From contig JAVKIJ010000081.1 in the NCBI GenBank assembly GCA_031459535.1, positions 1 to 14,032 on the forward strand: a DNA stretch of 14,032 nt, given 5' to 3'. Origin of the DNA: Candidatus Fervidifonticultor quintus. Lineage in GTDB: Bacteria > Sysuimicrobiota > Sysuimicrobiia > Sysuimicrobiales > Humicultoraceae. This document shows positions 6,732 to 14,032 of the stretch, in pieces (position 1 is the stretch's first letter; every line of letters begins with the position of its first letter). Both the position numbers and the translations under genes were made by a program. The notes below the pieces were generated by a model. That model had not been told where the DNA came from. It made no database searches and saw nothing but the letters and a program-made list of their open reading frames with translations.

Positions 6732-7882
6732 CGCCGCAAGTCTCCGCGTAACAGCGTCGCCGCCACCAGGAAGGCCTGTTGGACGCCCTGGGGCAGCAGG
6801 CTGATGTCAAGCGACTCGCCCAGGGTGTGGACACCATCGCCCTTGGCGATACCCAGGCAGACTGCGGCTGCACCGTGGCTGAGGGGGACGTTGGCATCCG
6901 TGCTGGCCGACTCCCATCGGAGGGGCGCGCCCACCTGGGAGGCAGCCTCCTCGACGAGCGCGATCAGCGGATGGCCCGGGGGCAGCCGGCCGCCGGGGCG
7001 TTCGCCGAGCACCTCCGTGCGGGCCCCGACGCCCGAGGCGGCGGCGATGGCAGCCACCAGCCGGTCGATGGTGTCGCCCAGCCGGGCCAGCTCTCCAGGG
7101 TCTTCGGAGCGCATGTCGAGCACGAGACTCGCGTCGGCCGCGATGGTGTTCACCGTGGTCCCGCCGCGGACAATGCCGACGTTGTACGTGGTCTTGGGCT
7201 CGGCGGGAACCCGGACCTGCGCGATCTGATCGATCAGGCGGCCCAGGGCGTGCACGGCGCTGGGCTCGCCGAAGTTGAGCCAGCTGTGGCCGCCTCCGGC
7301 CCGGTAGGTGACCTCCAGGCGGCGGGAGCACACCCCGGTGTGCACGGCGCGGTTGAAGGTGGCACCCTCGAGCACGATCCAGGCATCGACTCTCTCGCCG
7401 TACCGCGCCCACAACGCCTTCATCCCTCGCAGGTTGCCCAGGCCTTCTTCTCCAACGTTGCCAGCGAGGATGAGCGCGCCGCGATCCGGGAGGTCTCGAA
7501 GCGCCACGCCCAGATGGAGCATCGCGGCCACAGCCACGCTGTTGTCGCCGATGCCAGGGGCGAACAACCGGGTGCCTTCTCGGCGCACGGTGACGGGCAC
7601 GCCCTCGGCAAAGACCGTGTCCAGGTGCGCAGTGAGCATCACCGTCGGACGGTCGTCCCGGCCGGGGAGCTCGCAGATCACGTCTCCCTCCGCGTCGGTC
7701 GCCGGCGTCCCCAGGCCGACCTCCTGCATGCGCCGGGCGACGTGCGCGGCGCGGCGCGACTCGGCAAATGTCGGCGCCGGCACCTCACAGATGGCGATGG
7801 CGTCGGCGACGATGGCGTCGGCCCCGGCGTAGAGTCCCCTCAGGAGCCGCACAACGTCCGGCGTCAGGTCAATGAGAGCCAC
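6728..7882 (-). CDS. M20/M25/M40-family metallo-hydrolase (peptidase T/deacylase-like), about 384 aa
   Basis: Metal and catalytic motifs TAHLDTV, PGIGDNS, GEEGLGN, VLEG, GGHS, TTYNVG...GGTTVNTIA, DMRS, STDAN, VHTLGES. GTG at 7882 follows AAGAGGGG (alternative ATG at 7906). The track extension to 8881 is antisense to the OCD gene. Confidence 0.9.
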   Translation of the reverse strand: MALIDLTPDVVRLLRGLYAGADAIVADAIAICEVPAPTFAESRRAAHVARRMQEVGLGTPATDAEGDVICELPGRDDRPTVMLTAHLDTVFAEGVPVTVRREGTRLFAPGIGDNSVAVAAMLHLGVALRDLPDRGALILAGNVGEEGLGNLRGMKALWARYGERVDAWIVLEGATFNRAVHTGVCSRRLEVTYRAGGGHSWLNFGEPSAVHALGRLIDQIAQVRVPAEPKTTYNVGIVRGGTTVNTIAADASLVLDMRSEDPGELARLGDTIDRLVAAIAAASGVGARTEVLGERPGGRLPPGHPLIALVEEAASQVGAPLRWESASTDANVPLSHGAAAVCLGIAKGDGVHTLGESLDISLLPQGVQQAFLVAATLLRGDLRR

Positions 7883-8010
7883 CGTGGTCCCCTCTTGTCC
7901 AGACATTGCTGCCCGACTGGCTAAGGGCGCGGATGAGGCGGTCTTCTCGCTGGCGGAGGGGTTCTCCTCGGCGACGCGGGGCTCCCATGGGCAGGGGGTA
8001 GCGCGGGGGC

Positions 8011-8025
8011 GGCCGAATTTCGGCC
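8011..8025. promoter_or_regulatory. Perfect 7-1-7 palindrome GGCCGAA-T-TTCGGCC; candidate operator in the divergent M20/OCD intergenic region
   Basis: Dyad seen directly, ending 43 nt before the OCD ATG. The 1-nt centre favours a protein-binding site over an RNA hairpin. Function is inferred. Confidence 0.35.
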
Positions 8026-8068
8026 AGGAACCGCCAGGTGGGCCAGCCACAGTCTGGGGGCGCGGGAC

Positions 8069-9088
8069 ATGCAGATCCTGGTGGTCAACCAAGTTGAGGT
8101 CGAGGCCCTCCTGTCCATGGAGGCCTGCATGGCCCTCATGGAACGGGCGCTGGCCGCGCTCGCTGCCGGTGCGGCGCTGGCACCGCTGCGCAGTATCATG
8201 TGGCTGCCGGGCCGACTGGGTGCCCTGGGGACGATGCCCGCTTACGTCGACTGGCTGGGTACCTTCGGCGCCAAGATCATCAGCGTCTTCCCCGGCAACT
8301 ATGGCACCGAGTTCGACGCCCACCAGGGCGCGGTGGTGCTGTTCGAGGCCACCCATGGCCGGCCGGTGGCCTTCGTGGACGCCACCGCCGTCACCGCCAT
8401 CCGCACCGCCGCGGTGAGCGGCGTCGCCACCGAGCACCTGGCGCGCGAAGATGCCGGCGACCTGGCCCTGCTGGGATCGGGTACCCAGGCGCGGACCCAC
8501 CTGGAAGCCATGCGGGTGGCCCGGCCGCTGCGGCGCGTGCGGGTGTGGAGCCGCACGCAAGCGCACGCGGTCCGTTTTGCCCGCGCCGAAGGCTCCCGGT
8601 GGAACCTGCCGATCGAGGTCGCCCCCACCGCGCGGGACGCCGTGGAGGACGCCGACCTCATCTGCACCACCACCGCGGCCGCCGAGCCGATCCTGCACGG
8701 GGAATGGATCTCGCCCGGCGCCCACATCAATGCTGTCGGTTCCAGCGTGCCGTCGGCCCGCGAGCTCGACGCGGTCGCCGTGGCGCGCTCGCGTCTGTTC
8801 GTCGACCGACGGGAATCCGCGCTGCGCGAGGCCGGCGACTTTCTGCTCGCCCGGGGCGAGGGCCGCATCGGCGACGACCACATCTGCGGTGAGATCGGCG
8901 AGGTCATCCTGGGGCGCGTGCCCGGCCGCACCGCTCCCGGGGAGATCACCCTGTTCAAGTCAGTGGGTCTGGGGATCGAAGACGTTGCCGCGGCCCACCA
9001 CGTGTATACCCGGGCGCTGGAGACTGGCGCCGGTGTCCGGGTCACGCTGGGGGGTGGACACGGGGAGCGGAACGTCGGGAGGAAGTGA
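8069..9088 (+). CDS. Ornithine cyclodeaminase / mu-crystallin family protein (339 aa)
   Basis: GTMPAY, GAKIISVFPGN, HQGAVVLFE, VTAIRTAAVS, Rossmann motif LLGSGTQARTH, DADLICTTT, GAHINAVGS, ARELD, ITLFKSVGLGIEDVAAA. Confidence 0.94.
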   Translation: MQILVVNQVEVEALLSMEACMALMERALAALAAGAALAPLRSIMWLPGRLGALGTMPAYVDWLGTFGAKIISVFPGNYGTEFDAHQGAVVLFEATHGRPVAFVDATAVTAIRTAAVSGVATEHLAREDAGDLALLGSGTQARTHLEAMRVARPLRRVRVWSRTQAHAVRFARAEGSRWNLPIEVAPTARDAVEDADLICTTTAAAEPILHGEWISPGAHINAVGSSVPSARELDAVAVARSRLFVDRRESALREAGDFLLARGEGRIGDDHICGEIGEVILGRVPGRTAPGEITLFKSVGLGIEDVAAAHHVYTRALETGAGVRVTLGGGHGERNVGRK

Positions 9089-9214
9089 AGAGGGGCGGCC
9101 CATCGGTCGAAGGGGCACGCGACGCGATCACGACCTATCCACTGCAGGTAGCAGGTGGTGCGAGCGCCCCCGTCATATCAGTACGTACAGCCTGTCTTGC
9201 GGGAGGAGTGGTCC

Positions 9215-10819
9215 ATGAGCAACACGCGCCGGTGGGTCACCTGCGGGAGCTTCATCGCGCTCCTCGTGGCGCTCGTGTTCGTGCCACTCGGAGTCCGAGC
9301 CGCGCCAACTCAGGGCGGCACGCTGGTTGTGGGGCTGGACCAGGAACCCCCGACCCTCGATCCACATGCGTCGCCCTCGGCGGTGACGTACCAGATCATC
9401 TCGAGCGTCACAGAAAACCTGCTGTATCAGGGCCTGGACGGCAAGTTAGTGCCCTGGTTGGCGACGGGGTACAAGGTGTCCCCGGATGGCAAGTCGTTCA
9501 CCTTCACGTTGAGGACCGACGTGAAGTTCTCCGACGGAGCTCCGCTGACTGCGGACGTCGTCAAGTGGAACTTCGACCGGATCGTGAATCCCAACTTCAA
9601 GGCTGGCGGTGCCTTGGCCGCGCTGACCGGGTACGTCGGGTCTACGATCATCGACGAGCACACGGTGCAGGTGAACTTCAAGGCGCCGTATGCACCGTTT
9701 CTGACTTACGCGGCTGGCGGCACCCTCTCCCTGATCTCGCCCAAGAGCACGCCTGCCCAAGGGGATACCGTGAACCAGAAGCCCGTGGGCAGCGGGCCGT
9801 TCATCGTGACCGAGTACGTGCCCAAGGATCGCATCGTTCTCTCGCGGAACCCTCAGTACAACCGCCAGGCACCCTGGAGTGACCACGCCGGCCCGCCCTA
9901 TCTCGAGAAGGTCGTCTTCCGCATCGTTCCCGAGGTCGGCACGCGGACGACAACGGTGGAGACAGGCGAAACCCAGATGATCAGCACCTTTGCCATGCCC
10001 GCTGCGGTTCTGACCCGGCTGTCGGCCAACAGGAATCTCCGAGTCGACAGAAACCCGTACCCCGGGGCGCCCCGCATCTGGCTGTTGAACGTTCGGATGC
10101 CTCCCACCGACGACGTGAAGGTTCGCCAGGCCATCAACTATGCCGTCAACCGCGTCGCCTTCGCGGAGTCCCTCTACAAGGGGTCCGGCGCCCGCGCCTT
10201 CGCGCCGCTGACGATGCACATGCTGGACGATCCGTCGCTGCGCACCTTTTACCCCTACAACCCGTCCAAGGCTGCCCAGCTGCTCGACGAGGCGGGGTGG
10301 AAGATGGGTCCGGACAACGTCCGGCAGAAGGACGGCAAACCCATGACGCTGGTGATCAACTCCATCAATTACGGTGCCGGCAACTGGCCCGAGGTGGAAC
10401 TGCTGCAGGGCTGGCTGCGCCAGCTGGGGATCGACGCGCGCATCAAGAGCCAGGCACGGCCGCCGTGGTACGAGGACAACTACCGCTGCGCGACCAACGG
10501 GCCGGTGATGTTCCTCCGGTCGGTGGACTGGGACGGCCTGTATGCGCTCTTCGGCTCAGCCAACATCGGCGGCAACTTCAACTGGTCCTGCTACGCCAAC
10601 GCCGAGGTGGACCGGCTCCTCCAGCAGGGCCGCACCGAGTTCGACCGGGCCAAGCGCCGGGCCATCTACCTGAGGATCGAGCGCATCCTCCTCGAGCAGG
10701 CGGTATCGGTGCCGCTGGTGGACGAGTTCTCGGTCTGGGTGATCAGGAACAACGTCAAGGGAACCAAGTACAACTACCCCGCCTATCCCGTGCTGAGCGA
10801 CGTCTACCTGGAGAGATAG
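9215..10819 (+). CDS. ABC transporter substrate-binding protein, family 5 (534 aa)
   Basis: ATG at 9215 follows SD GGGAGGAG. Signal peptide MSNTRRW...GVRA|AP. Motifs EPPTLDPH, WLATGYKVSPDGKSFTFTLRTDVKFSDG, PVGSGPF, DVKVRQAINYAV, YNPSKAAQLLDEAGW. Confidence 0.95.
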   Translation: MSNTRRWVTCGSFIALLVALVFVPLGVRAAPTQGGTLVVGLDQEPPTLDPHASPSAVTYQIISSVTENLLYQGLDGKLVPWLATGYKVSPDGKSFTFTLRTDVKFSDGAPLTADVVKWNFDRIVNPNFKAGGALAALTGYVGSTIIDEHTVQVNFKAPYAPFLTYAAGGTLSLISPKSTPAQGDTVNQKPVGSGPFIVTEYVPKDRIVLSRNPQYNRQAPWSDHAGPPYLEKVVFRIVPEVGTRTTTVETGETQMISTFAMPAAVLTRLSANRNLRVDRNPYPGAPRIWLLNVRMPPTDDVKVRQAINYAVNRVAFAESLYKGSGARAFAPLTMHMLDDPSLRTFYPYNPSKAAQLLDEAGWKMGPDNVRQKDGKPMTLVINSINYGAGNWPEVELLQGWLRQLGIDARIKSQARPPWYEDNYRCATNGPVMFLRSVDWDGLYALFGSANIGGNFNWSCYANAEVDRLLQQGRTEFDRAKRRAIYLRIERILLEQAVSVPLVDEFSVWVIRNNVKGTKYNYPAYPVLSDVYLER

Positions 10820-10827
10820 CCGCTGAC

Positions 10828-10853
10828 GAGGGGGCCGCAACCGCGGCCCCCTC
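10828..10853 (+). other. Intercistronic perfect 11-bp hairpin GAGGGGGCCGC-AACC-GCGGCCCCCTC (mRNA stabiliser or attenuator candidate)
   Basis: Perfect inverted repeat starting 8 nt after the binding-protein stop codon. There is no U-tract, so it is not a canonical intrinsic terminator. Confidence 0.6.
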
Positions 10854-10870
10854 CCCGCCCATCGGCACCC

Positions 10871-11794
10871 ATGCTCCGCTACGTGACAGCGAGGCTGGCG
10901 GTTACCATCCCGGTGGCCGTGGGCGTGACGCTCGCCGTGTTCTCCATGCTGTTCCTCATTCCCGGCGACCCCGTCAAGATGATGCTGAGCGAGTTCGTCA
11001 CGAACCCGGAACAGGTGGAGAAGATGCGCTCGCAGCTCCACCTGGACGAGCCTTTCATCAAGCAGTATGGCCGCTTTCTCTGGGGCGCCCTCCATGGAGA
11101 TCTGGGCACCTCCATCCGCTCCCGCCGCCCGGTGACGACCGAGATCGTCGAAGTCCTGCCCAGTACGGTCCAACTGGCCGTCAGCGCCCTGGCCTTCTCC
11201 GCGCCATTCGGGGTCACCCTGGGCTCCGTGGCCGCCATCCAGCAGAACTCGTGGTGGGATGTAAGCTCGATGCTGGTGGCGCTGCTAGGCGTCTCGTTCC
11301 CCTCGTTCTGGGTAGGGCTGCTGCTGATCTTCGTCTTCTCGCTGCACCTGGGCTGGTTTCCGGCCACCGGCGGTGGAGGTCTCGCACACCTGGTCATGCC
11401 GGCTGTGGCGCTGGGGCTGGGCGCTGCCGCTATCATCGCCCGCCTCACGCGATCCAGCATGCTGGACGTTCTGCGGATGGAGTACATGACCACAGCCCGG
11501 GCGAAGGGCCTGGCCACTCGGGCTGTCATCCTCCGTCACGGATTGCGCAACGCCCTGATTCCCATCGTGACGATCTTCGGCCTCCAGTTCGGCAACCTGC
11601 TCGCAGGGACGGTGATCATCGAAACCGTATTCGGCCGGCCGGGTGTGGGACGGTTGCTCGTCGGGGCGATCCTCAACAAGGATTTCCCCCTGGTGCAGGG
11701 CGTGGTGTTCTTCGTGGCCATGTCCTATGTGCTGATCAACCTGGTGGTGGACATCGTCTACGCCCTGATCGACCCCAGGGTGCGGTATGGCTGA
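10871..11794 (+). CDS. ABC transporter permease, DppB/OppB type (307 aa)
   Basis: IPGDP, GDLGTS, EYMTTARAKGL, HGLRNALIP, ETVFGRPGVGRL, KDFPLVQG, IDPRVRYG. Confidence 0.95.
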   Translation: MLRYVTARLAVTIPVAVGVTLAVFSMLFLIPGDPVKMMLSEFVTNPEQVEKMRSQLHLDEPFIKQYGRFLWGALHGDLGTSIRSRRPVTTEIVEVLPSTVQLAVSALAFSAPFGVTLGSVAAIQQNSWWDVSSMLVALLGVSFPSFWVGLLLIFVFSLHLGWFPATGGGGLAHLVMPAVALGLGAAAIIARLTRSSMLDVLRMEYMTTARAKGLATRAVILRHGLRNALIPIVTIFGLQFGNLLAGTVIIETVFGRPGVGRLLVGAILNKDFPLVQGVVFFVAMSYVLINLVVDIVYALIDPRVRYG

Positions 11795-12665
11795 GGCCGA
11801 AATCGTCCTGGCCGTCCGGGCCCCCCGCACGCGGTGGGGTATGCTGGCACCGCGCATCCGCCGGCACAAGGGACTGCTGGTCGGGCTCTCCGTGCTGGGT
11901 GCGCTGGTGCTGGTCGCCACGCTTCAGAATGTGCTTGCTCGGGAAGATCCCACCCGCATCGACATGGCCGCCGCCCTGCAGCCCCCTGGCGCCAGTCACC
12001 TCTGGGGAACCGATCAGTACGGCCGCGAGGTCTGGAGTCGGGTCATCCACGGCACCCGCATCTCGTTGACCGTGGGGATCATCTCTGTGGGGATTGCGGC
12101 GTCCGTTGGCACCACAATGGGGCTGGTCAGCGGCTTCTACGGCGGCTTGATCGACAGCCTCCTGATGAGGCTCATCGATGTGATGCTGGCTTTCCCGGGC
12201 ATTCTCCTGGCGCTGGCCATTGTGAGCGTCCTTGGTCCCAACCTGCGCAACCTGATGCTCGCCGTGGGCATCTCAGGGATTCCTGCGTACGCCCGACTGG
12301 TCCGCGGCTCCGTGCTCGTGGCGCGGGAGCAGACCTATGTGGAAGCCGCTCGCGCGGTCGGTGCGCCGTCCGGTCTCATCGTCTGGCGACACGTCCTACC
12401 CAACGTCGTAGCTCCCATCATCGTGACCGGCACCCTGGGCCTCGGCGGCGCTATCCTATCGGCGGCCGCCCTGTCGTTCATCGGCCTCGGCAGTCAACCG
12501 CCGACCCCAGAGTGGGGACGCATGCTCAGCGAAGGGCGGGATTACCTCCGCGACGCCTGGTGGATCTCGACGTTCCCGGGGGTCGCCATCATGCTCACGG
12601 TCCTCGCCATGAACCTGTTGGGCGATGGTCTGCGCGACGTGCTGGACCCCAGGCTGCGGATCTGA
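11787..12665 (+). CDS. ABC transporter permease, DppC/OppC type (292 aa)
   Basis: HLWGTDQYGREVWSRVIHGTRISL, TYVEAARAVGA, HVLPN, PEWGRML, GDGLRDVLDPRLR. Overlaps the upstream permease by 8 nt. Confidence 0.95.
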   Translation: MAEAEIVLAVRAPRTRWGMLAPRIRRHKGLLVGLSVLGALVLVATLQNVLAREDPTRIDMAAALQPPGASHLWGTDQYGREVWSRVIHGTRISLTVGIISVGIAASVGTTMGLVSGFYGGLIDSLLMRLIDVMLAFPGILLALAIVSVLGPNLRNLMLAVGISGIPAYARLVRGSVLVAREQTYVEAARAVGAPSGLIVWRHVLPNVVAPIIVTGTLGLGGAILSAAALSFIGLGSQPPTPEWGRMLSEGRDYLRDAWWISTFPGVAIMLTVLAMNLLGDGLRDVLDPRLRI

Positions 12666-12680
12666 GGAGGTGTGGAATTT

Positions 12681-13445
12681 ATGAGGGATACGGTGCTCAT
12701 CGAGGAAATGACCTGGGTCGAGGTCAGGGAGGCCATCAAGAGCGGCAAACGTCGGGTCATCGTCATGCTCGGCGCGATGGAGCAGCACGGCCCGCACCTC
12801 CCCATCGGGACAGATACGTACCTGGGCTACGCCGTCGGGGAGCGTCTCGCACGGCGCCTAGGGGATGCGCTGATGGCGCCCGTGGTCACCCTCGGCTACT
12901 CGGTCGGCCATCTGCCCATGGCTGGAACCGTGAGCATCGACGAAGCGACGCTGGAAGCCGTGATCCGAGACGTCTGTCGTTCGCTGGCCCACCACGGCTT
13001 TGCCGAGATCATCCTGCTGTGCAGCCATGGAGGCAACTACCGGGCGGTGCGCAACGTACTGAGCGGGCTGCGGGCCGCGCATCCCGGGACGCGAATCTCC
13101 GCCCTCACCGACTTCGAGGAGTGGTTGGAGCAGACCCGGCGTTTCGCGGCGGCGGAAGGGTTGGATATGGCGCGGCTCGGTGTGCACGCCGGGCAGGGTG
13201 AAACCTCTCTGATGCTCGCCCATCGCCCCGACCTGGTGCAGATGGACAAGGCGTGCGAAGGCTTCCTCGGCGACGCGTCCATCCGGTGGCGGTCGAAGGT
13301 CCCTCCACCGATGGACACCATGAGCCCGACGGGCATCCTGGGGGACGCCCGCGGTTCAACGGCAGCTCTGGGCGAGAAAATGCTGTCGCTGCGCGTCGAG
13401 CGCCTCGCCGAACTGATTGAGGCCGGCGCCCTGGCCGGGGCGTAG
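12681..13445 (+). CDS. Creatininase-family amidohydrolase (creatininase/MftE/FAPy-deformylase superfamily), about 254 aa
   Basis: EEMTWVEV, GAMEQHGPHLPIGTD, CSHGGN, HAGQGETS, SPTGILGD. SD AGGAGGT lies 9 nt before ATG 12681; the track GTG at 12672 directly abuts the SD. Confidence 0.93.
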   Translation: MRDTVLIEEMTWVEVREAIKSGKRRVIVMLGAMEQHGPHLPIGTDTYLGYAVGERLARRLGDALMAPVVTLGYSVGHLPMAGTVSIDEATLEAVIRDVCRSLAHHGFAEIILLCSHGGNYRAVRNVLSGLRAAHPGTRISALTDFEEWLEQTRRFAAAEGLDMARLGVHAGQGETSLMLAHRPDLVQMDKACEGFLGDASIRWRSKVPPPMDTMSPTGILGDARGSTAALGEKMLSLRVERLAELIEAGALAGA

Positions 13446-13462
13446 ATGGTCGGGAGGCGTCC

Positions 13463-14032
13463 TCAGGCCACTGGTGCCTCCAGTCGTTCGAGCGTCTCGG
13501 ACGCGCTCCGTTGGATGGTAATCCAGTCGGTGTGGACCCGATCCCACTCCTGGATGGAAAACCCGTGTTCCTCCATGAACGCCCGAATGCGCGGCGCCTC
13601 CCAGCCCAACACATCCTCAAGGACCGGAATGAGGACGCTCATGGCATCATCGCTCAGGACCGTGCGCTTGGCAATCTGCGCGATGTGTCTGGACTCGGAC
13701 ACGGCGATGGTGAATCCCTCGCGCCGGTTGACGTGCAGCATCACGTGAATGTCGGAGTTGCCATCGCCCACGTAGACCACACGATCCCGGCTGACGCCAA
13801 GCTGGGCCTGGAGCCCGTCGAGCACGGCAACCTTGCCATATCCCGCCGGCACCTGAATGATGGACGCCACTTCCCCTGAAGACGGGTCGTAGCGGAACCG
13901 GGTGCCGAAGATGTGATCGGCGGGCACCATGCCGTCGAGCGCTGAGTGGATGACTTCCTCCGGCGCCGCGGAGACCACGTAGAAGTCGAAGCGGCACCCA
14001 CCGACGCCCGTGCCGAGCAACTCGACCAGGTA
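13463..14032 (-). CDS. HAD-superfamily hydrolase (phosphoserine phosphatase-like, subfamily IB); N-terminus lies outside the window
   Basis: The frame is open to the window edge (YLVELLGTG...). Motif II VVSAAP, motif III Lys in GYGKVAVL, motif [10 protein letters not shown]. Motif I (DxD) is not in the window. Confidence 0.8.
   Translation of the reverse strand, partial: YLVELLGTGVGGCRFDFYVVSAAPEEVIHSALDGMVPADHIFGTRFRYDPSSGEVASIIQVPAGYGKVAVLDGLQAQLGVSRDRVVYVGDGNSDIHVMLHVNRREGFTIAVSESRHIAQIAKRTVLSDDAMSVLIPVLEDVLGWEAPRIRAFMEEHGFSIQEWDRVHTDWITIQRSASETLERLEAPVA

Noticed and set aside
7883-8881. Apparent 717-aa M20 fusion protein
   Set aside because: The extension is antisense to the well-supported OCD gene and crosses the divergent promoter region. 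M20 similarity begins only near 7882, where an SD is present.
12681-13445. Mycofactocin (mftE) or creatinine-degradation (crnA) assignment
   Set aside because: No mftA-D/F, radical SAM, creatinase or sarcosine oxidase genes are nearby, and family motifs alone do not define the substrate.
1-14032. CRISPR arrays, tRNA/rRNA genes, known riboswitches, toxin-antitoxin or defence genes
   Set aside because: No regularly spaced repeats or recognisable RNA signatures. Intergenic gaps are all under 200 nt, and all CDSs are accounted for by other families.

Overview
GC-rich bacterial window, densely coding, with 14 supportable CDSs. The left block, on the minus strand, is an apparent operon. It runs from an orphan NarL/LuxR-type regulator with an atypical receiver domain, through two tandem, translationally coupled HtrA/S1C protease-PDZ genes that both lack signal peptides, to a Dpp/Opp-type (family 5) ABC binding protein and two permeases with no ATPase. 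The last stop codon abuts a sequence resembling an IS terminal inverted repeat. The centre holds an HNL-like cupin (+) convergent with an M20 metallohydrolase (-). The right block, on the plus strand, runs from an ornithine cyclodeaminase/mu-crystallin family enzyme through a second family 5 binding protein and two permeases (again no ATPase) to a creatininase-family amidohydrolase. It is closed by a convergent HAD hydrolase cut by the window edge. No rRNA, tRNA, CRISPR array or transposase ORF was recognised. The best candidates for undescribed systems are the regulator plus twin cytoplasmic HtrA cassette linked to a peptide importer, and the OCD/ABC/creatininase/M20 catabolic cluster of unknown substrate. 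Family calls come from motif recognition by eye; no searches were run.
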